DNA from: an uncultured delta proteobacterium
GTDB taxonomy: Bacteria; Desulfobacterota; Binatia; UBA9968
Assembly: GCA_963840855.1 (NCBI GenBank)
Contig: CAWJBB010000074.1
Coordinates: forward strand, 1-64,000
Direction: 5' to 3'
DNA: 64,000 bases
The notes below the pieces were generated by a model, which saw only the letters and a list, made by a program, of their open reading frames with translations, searched no databases and was not told the origin of the DNA. The translations under genes were made by a program, and so were the position numbers. Numbering within the stretch: position 1 is the first letter of the stretch; every line of letters starts with the position of its first letter. Below, piece after piece: positions 59,893-64,000 of the stretch.

Positions 59893-61608
59893 TTAAACGC
59901 GCTTCAGGGTTGCCACTTCGTGAGCCGTCAGGGGAACTCTGACCGCGAGGCGGTCGCCCCTTTGCTCCACCGTCACTTGTGATTGTGGATTTAGGAGGTT
60001 TTCCAGCTTGGCGCCGGCGGTATTGAGATTGAAGTCGATGGTGACAAAATCCTGTCTGGCGGCTGCCTGCAGGTTCATCGCGATCAGGACTTCCGTAGTA
60101 TCCAGAATTCTTGAAAACGCGAGGGTGCAGTTCCCATCGACCGGATAACCGAAGTCACTGCCGTTGCCGGAGATCTCACGGAAGTACTGTCTGCCGTAAC
60201 GGAGGGCAGGTTCCTGGCGCCGAATCGCCGCGATCTTGGCGATGCCTTTGTAGATCGGATGGGATGGCCGGAAAAAGTGGCGTTCTGTGCTGTCGAAGGC
60301 GCCCCAGCGGCCGCCGAACATACATTCGCGCACGAAGCTGTCGTGATGGCCGCCGCCGTCGAAGCCTTGCTCCGTTCCATAATAGATGCAGGGAACGCCC
60401 TGGCTGGTGAGCAGATAGGCGATGGCGAGAACCGCCTGGGCGGGAAAGGGATTATTATTCATGAACCGTCTATAAGGCCGGGACATCTGGTCGTGGTTGT
60501 CGACGAACGTGACAAAATACTGGCCCGCCGCGCCATGATCCGAGTACATGGTTTTGAAGCGCTCGTAGCGGTCGCGCAAATGTCCCGCCGGGATAAAGCC
60601 TTTGATCACTTCTTCGAGGATGAAATAGAGCGGAAAATCCAGCGCCGCGTCGAGGGATGGAAAACGCTCGCTGGTGCCGTCGATGCGGCTGTTGCGTCCG
60701 ATGTAGCGCTGCAGGGTCGCGTCGTCGGCGACGATCTCGCCGAAGATGAAAAAATTCTGCTTGCCGATCCGCTTGGCGTATTCACGCACCGCGTTGCAAA
60801 AAATCGCCGTGGCGCTGGATTCCATATGTTTTACCGTGTCGACGCGGAAGCCGTCGATGTCGGCGGCGGCGATCCAGTACTTGTAAGCCTGGATCAGCGT
60901 GTTGAGCACGTCCGGCCGAGCTATATCGAGTTCTTTGAGACTGAGAAAGTCGCCGTTGACCGCCTGCTCCGGGTCGTTCCAATCGGTGATTTGACCGCGC
61001 CGCTTGTAGCCGTCGACGCGCTGTAGTTCCTCCGGCCACACCGCGTCGTCCGCTTGAAAACCGGCTGCTCCTTCAACCTGGCGCCAGAAGCCAAAATCGA
61101 ATGCTCCGGAGGCTTGCTTCGAGTAGTAATAAGGATGATCACCGGGATAGGCCCAGTTATCGCCCGTGTGATTGAGAATGATATCCAGAATCACGTACAA
61201 GCCGCGGGCGTGGGCTTCTTTTACCAGCTTTTGTAAATCCTCCTTGGTGCCAAACCGCGCATCGATCTCGAGAAAATCTTGAATGCCATAGCCGTGGTAG
61301 CTGTCCGCCTTCTCCCGGCGGTTCTTAAATACCGGGCTGAGCCAGACCGCGCCGGCGCCGAGATCTTTGATGTAATTCAGGCGGCGCAGGATGCCCGTCA
61401 AATTGCCGCCTTGAAAAATCTTCCCTTGCTCGAGATCCCGTCCCTTCGGCGCCGACGTGGAATAGGGGCGCAGGCCGCGCTGGTTGTTGTCGAAACGGTC
61501 CACCAGCAAGAAATAGATGAAAACATCGCGCCAATCGGGCGGCGAAGGGAATACATCGCCTTCAGGCGTAAAATCTATATCGACAATGGAACGAATGGGG
61601 TTCGGCAT
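59893..61608 (-). CDS. Alpha-amylase family glycoside hydrolase (GH13), no signal peptide
   Basis: IYFLLVDRF, SYHGYG, DIILNH, GFRVDTVKH (nucleophile), GEI (acid/base), FVDNHD, G.PCIYYGTEQ. Confidence 0.92.
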   Translation of the reverse strand: MPNPIRSIVDIDFTPEGDVFPSPPDWRDVFIYFLLVDRFDNNQRGLRPYSTSAPKGRDLEQGKIFQGGNLTGILRRLNYIKDLGAGAVWLSPVFKNRREKADSYHGYGIQDFLEIDARFGTKEDLQKLVKEAHARGLYVILDIILNHTGDNWAYPGDHPYYYSKQASGAFDFGFWRQVEGAAGFQADDAVWPEELQRVDGYKRRGQITDWNDPEQAVNGDFLSLKELDIARPDVLNTLIQAYKYWIAAADIDGFRVDTVKHMESSATAIFCNAVREYAKRIGKQNFFIFGEIVADDATLQRYIGRNSRIDGTSERFPSLDAALDFPLYFILEEVIKGFIPAGHLRDRYERFKTMYSDHGAAGQYFVTFVDNHDQMSRPYRRFMNNNPFPAQAVLAIAYLLTSQGVPCIYYGTEQGFDGGGHHDSFVRECMFGGRWGAFDSTERHFFRPSHPIYKGIAKIAAIRRQEPALRYGRQYFREISGNGSDFGYPVDGNCTLAFSRILDTTEVLIAMNLQAAARQDFVTIDFNLNTAGAKLENLLNPQSQVTVEQRGDRLAVRVPLTAHEVATLKRV

Positions 61609-61842
61609 TGGAGGTCTCGCATAAACGAAGATTTCCGCTGGGATCGCATCAAACAATCCTTACGGCTTTGCGATGAAGCATCTGCCCGGATTATGCCGGT
61701 GTTGATTGTGTCAATCAATAGAATTGTCGATGCGGGCGACGCGAGCAGGGCCGGAAGTTGATTTGACTTGTGACCTCTTTACCGCTGCCCGATGAACATG
61801 TTACTTTTCGAGGACATAAAAAATCATGCGAGGGTAAAGCGA

Positions 61843-62595
61843 ATGCGAATCATTGAAAAATTATTTACCACAAAGGAGAACGGCGTCGCGGGTTTCTTGT
61901 CGTACCCCGAACGCGCCGAGCCGGGGCCGGCCCTATTTCTTATCCATCCCAAGGGCGGCCTTGGCGAATATATCAAGACCGAGACGCGAAAGTTCGCGAA
62001 GCTCGGCTACAGCACCTTTGCGATCAACGTCTTCGAGCAACTCGGCTATCCGGAGCCAACCCATATCGTCACCGGATCGCAGATCCAGGCCAAGACACCG
62101 GACCCGGAATTCACCCGCGTCCTCACCGAGGGGTGGCGTTTTTTGCTCAAGCAGCCGCATGTGAACAAAAGCCGAGTGGCTGTTTGCGGCTACTGCATGG
62201 GCGGGCGCATCGCCATTCATTTCGTCGCCGCCACGCCCGAGGTCCGCGCTTTTGTGGGTTACTATCCGACGGTACGCGACGAACCCGAGACGCCCCTGAG
62301 ACCCGTGCATCCGTCGGTCGCAGCAAGGAAGATTCGCTGCCCTTCGATTAATCTATACGGCGCCGACGATGTCACCACCGTGCTGCCGGTGCAGGAACGG
62401 ATGTGGCAAGCCTTCAAAGAGAACGGCCAGCCGCTGGAATGGCACTTCTTTCCGTTCGGCGGCCATGGTTACGTCGACCCCGGAGCGCCTGGATACAACG
62501 CTCATGTGGCTGACTTGTCGTGGCCGCTGGTGGAGGACTTCATGGAGCGCCATCTCAAGTGGAGTTCGCCGGAAGTGCAAAATCCCAACGTTTAA
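61843..62595 (+). CDS. Dienelactone hydrolase family protein
   Basis: GYCMGG nucleophile elbow, YG.DD, GHGY. Confidence 0.88.
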   Translation: MRIIEKLFTTKENGVAGFLSYPERAEPGPALFLIHPKGGLGEYIKTETRKFAKLGYSTFAINVFEQLGYPEPTHIVTGSQIQAKTPDPEFTRVLTEGWRFLLKQPHVNKSRVAVCGYCMGGRIAIHFVAATPEVRAFVGYYPTVRDEPETPLRPVHPSVAARKIRCPSINLYGADDVTTVLPVQERMWQAFKENGQPLEWHFFPFGGHGYVDPGAPGYNAHVADLSWPLVEDFMERHLKWSSPEVQNPNV

Positions 62596-62676
62596 AACGA
62601 AGGTACGAGCTAGTCCGGATCATTCGTGAGATCAGTAAACAGGGTTCAAAACGACTGGAACGATTTGAACGACTCG

Positions 62677-62934
62677 TTATTCGCGGCCGCGAATCGTGCT
62701 TTTGAACCCTTCCAGCGTCATCTTGCCGCTCACCAGCCGTTCCATATCCGAAGCGCTCACCGGGTGACGCAGATCGCCCAGCCTTAAGTCCCAGTGAAAT
62801 ATCTCTCCCGGCCCCGGCAAGACATCCGGCAAACGCTGGTCGGCGTGTGAAATGGAAATATCTTTACCACGGTAAACGCCGCGTACGTCGGCGCGGTTAG
62901 CGCGGCACCAGACAAGCACTTCTTCGAACGTCAT
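62677..62934 (-). CDS. Hypothetical protein (85 aa)
   Basis: ATG one base after the cupin stop; globular-looking composition. Confidence 0.6.
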   Translation of the reverse strand: MTFEEVLVWCRANRADVRGVYRGKDISISHADQRLPDVLPGPGEIFHWDLRLGDLRHPVSASDMERLVSGKMTLEGFKSTIRGRE

Positions 62935-62935
62935 A

Positions 62936-63367
62936 TTAGCTCTGCGAATCTTCGACGGGATTGAGCAGGTGCTCTTTCAGGCCTGTATGATAGCCGTAGA
63001 TGACCTTGCCGATCTTCGGTCTTGGTTTGGGCTCGGTGCTTACCTGATAGAGGATGAGTCGCTCGGTGCCGGTGTTATTGAGCTGGTAAAAAAAACCGGC
63101 CGGCACATGCACCGCCTGGTGCTGCGTCAGATGATATTCTTCTCCATCCTTCAGGCCCTTCATCGTGCATTCGCCTTGCACCACGAGGAAAGTGTGGTCC
63201 GAACCAGGGTGGCAGTGCAACTCGTCGTTTACGCCTGGCTCGTAGCAATTGAGCGCGATGTGCGCGCGCTCGGTCTGCGTGGGGCGAACATAATTCCGGC
63301 CCGTCGGCCTGCCCCAGACGGCTTGCTTTTCCGTATCGACGATCGTGATCTTGGTAATTGCCTCCAT
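62936..63367 (-). CDS. Cupin domain-containing protein
   Basis: PG....LHCHP.SDH.F.V..G and VPAG..Y.L.N.G cupin motifs; SD AGGAGG. Confidence 0.85.
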   Translation of the reverse strand: MEAITKITIVDTEKQAVWGRPTGRNYVRPTQTERAHIALNCYEPGVNDELHCHPGSDHTFLVVQGECTMKGLKDGEEYHLTQHQAVHVPAGFFYQLNNTGTERLILYQVSTEPKPRPKIGKVIYGYHTGLKEHLLNPVEDSQS

Positions 63368-63698
63368 TGTGCTCCTCCTGTTAGCTGCGGTTTTGCGCGT
63401 TATTCATATTATTGGGCGAATTTACAGGAGAAACCTACACCCGCGCAAGGGCTGGAATCGGCCCCAACTTCCCTTCCAGCGATTCCAGGCGCCTGACTTC
63501 AGCGGAGAAGGGGGGATTCAACGCTGATAGGGAGCCTTTAGGCGGCCATAAATGCCCCGCTATTTAAGCCCACGGAGCCAGGGCCGCTTGTAATAAACAT
63601 TAGCGATTTCAATAGCTTACCTATAGCTCCCAATCCCTCTCTTGGACCGCTATTGATAGGATGGTATGAGTAATCTCGTGATCTCCAAGGAGGTTAGC

Positions 63699-63764
63699 AT
63701 GTCCGCCAAAATCGAATTCCTAACCACGCCGAAGCGGCCGAAAAAGCGCCGCCAGTCAAAATAG
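63699..63764 (+). CDS. Candidate 21-aa leader peptide MSAKIEFLTTPKRPKKRRQSK
   Basis: Perfect SD AAGGAGGT 4 nt upstream of ATG; followed by a structured region and a terminator; below the ORF-track size cutoff. Confidence 0.55.
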   Translation: MSAKIEFLTTPKRPKKRRQSK

Positions 63765-63834
63765 CGATCGCGCGCATCATTCTGCGCCGTCATTTGACGG
63801 TATCCGCTGGCGTTTTGTGCCGGCGCTAAATTTC

Positions 63835-63873
63835 AAAAGGCCCGGGTCGAGTCGACCCAGGCCTTTTTTGTTT
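63835..63873 (+). terminator. Intrinsic terminator (possible attenuator)
   Basis: AAAAGGCCCGGGTCGA-G-TCGACCCAGGCCTTTTTTGTTT. Confidence 0.8.
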
Positions 63874-64000
63874 CTGGCAATGGGTGGGGATATCCTTGGT
63901 CGTCACTCAAAATCCGTAAAGCCGCTTCGGATTATCACCTAAAATCTTTTGCCCCAAGGTCGGGCTGATTCTGCCGCCACGGGCGAGTGTTTGGATGGCC

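Overview
A GC-rich bacterial chromosomal window. The gene order rplU-rpmA-obgE-proB-proA-nadD-rsfS-gpmI-comF and the many NitT/TauT-type ABC components suggest a Deltaproteobacteria-like lineage, possibly Candidatus Binatia (inference). Most of the window is housekeeping and metabolic: two ABC importers, an ADP-forming acyl-CoA ligase, a lemA-TPM-TPM operon, a SahR-like regulator with metH, purMN, mgtE, a DegP/DegQ protease, tatA, an AsmA-like protein, typA, a 3-HAO-like dioxygenase, a sirtuin, two exported SlyD-like PPIases and a GH13 amylase. Six otherwise intact genes, including metH and purM, carry small indels, which points to noisy long-read consensus rather than biology. I found no rRNA, tRNA, CRISPR array, transposase or integrase. 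The most unusual signals are non-coding. (1) Many intergenic spaces hold short repeat elements: 6/7/8/9-nt-periodic hairpins, GTTCAA-heptamer hairpins that carry shared internal cassettes, GTAG REPs and a TIR-bounded MITE family whose copies start at stop codons. Several of these are nested inside one another. (2) A candidate attenuator near the right end has a 21-aa Lys/Arg-rich leader peptide. (3) A tandem palindromic operator lies directly upstream of a MarR gene. (4) There are several gene remnants, including a diverged second copy of the TPM signal peptide and a shattered DUF6036-like nucleotidyltransferase. All product calls come from motif recognition by eye; no database searches were run.
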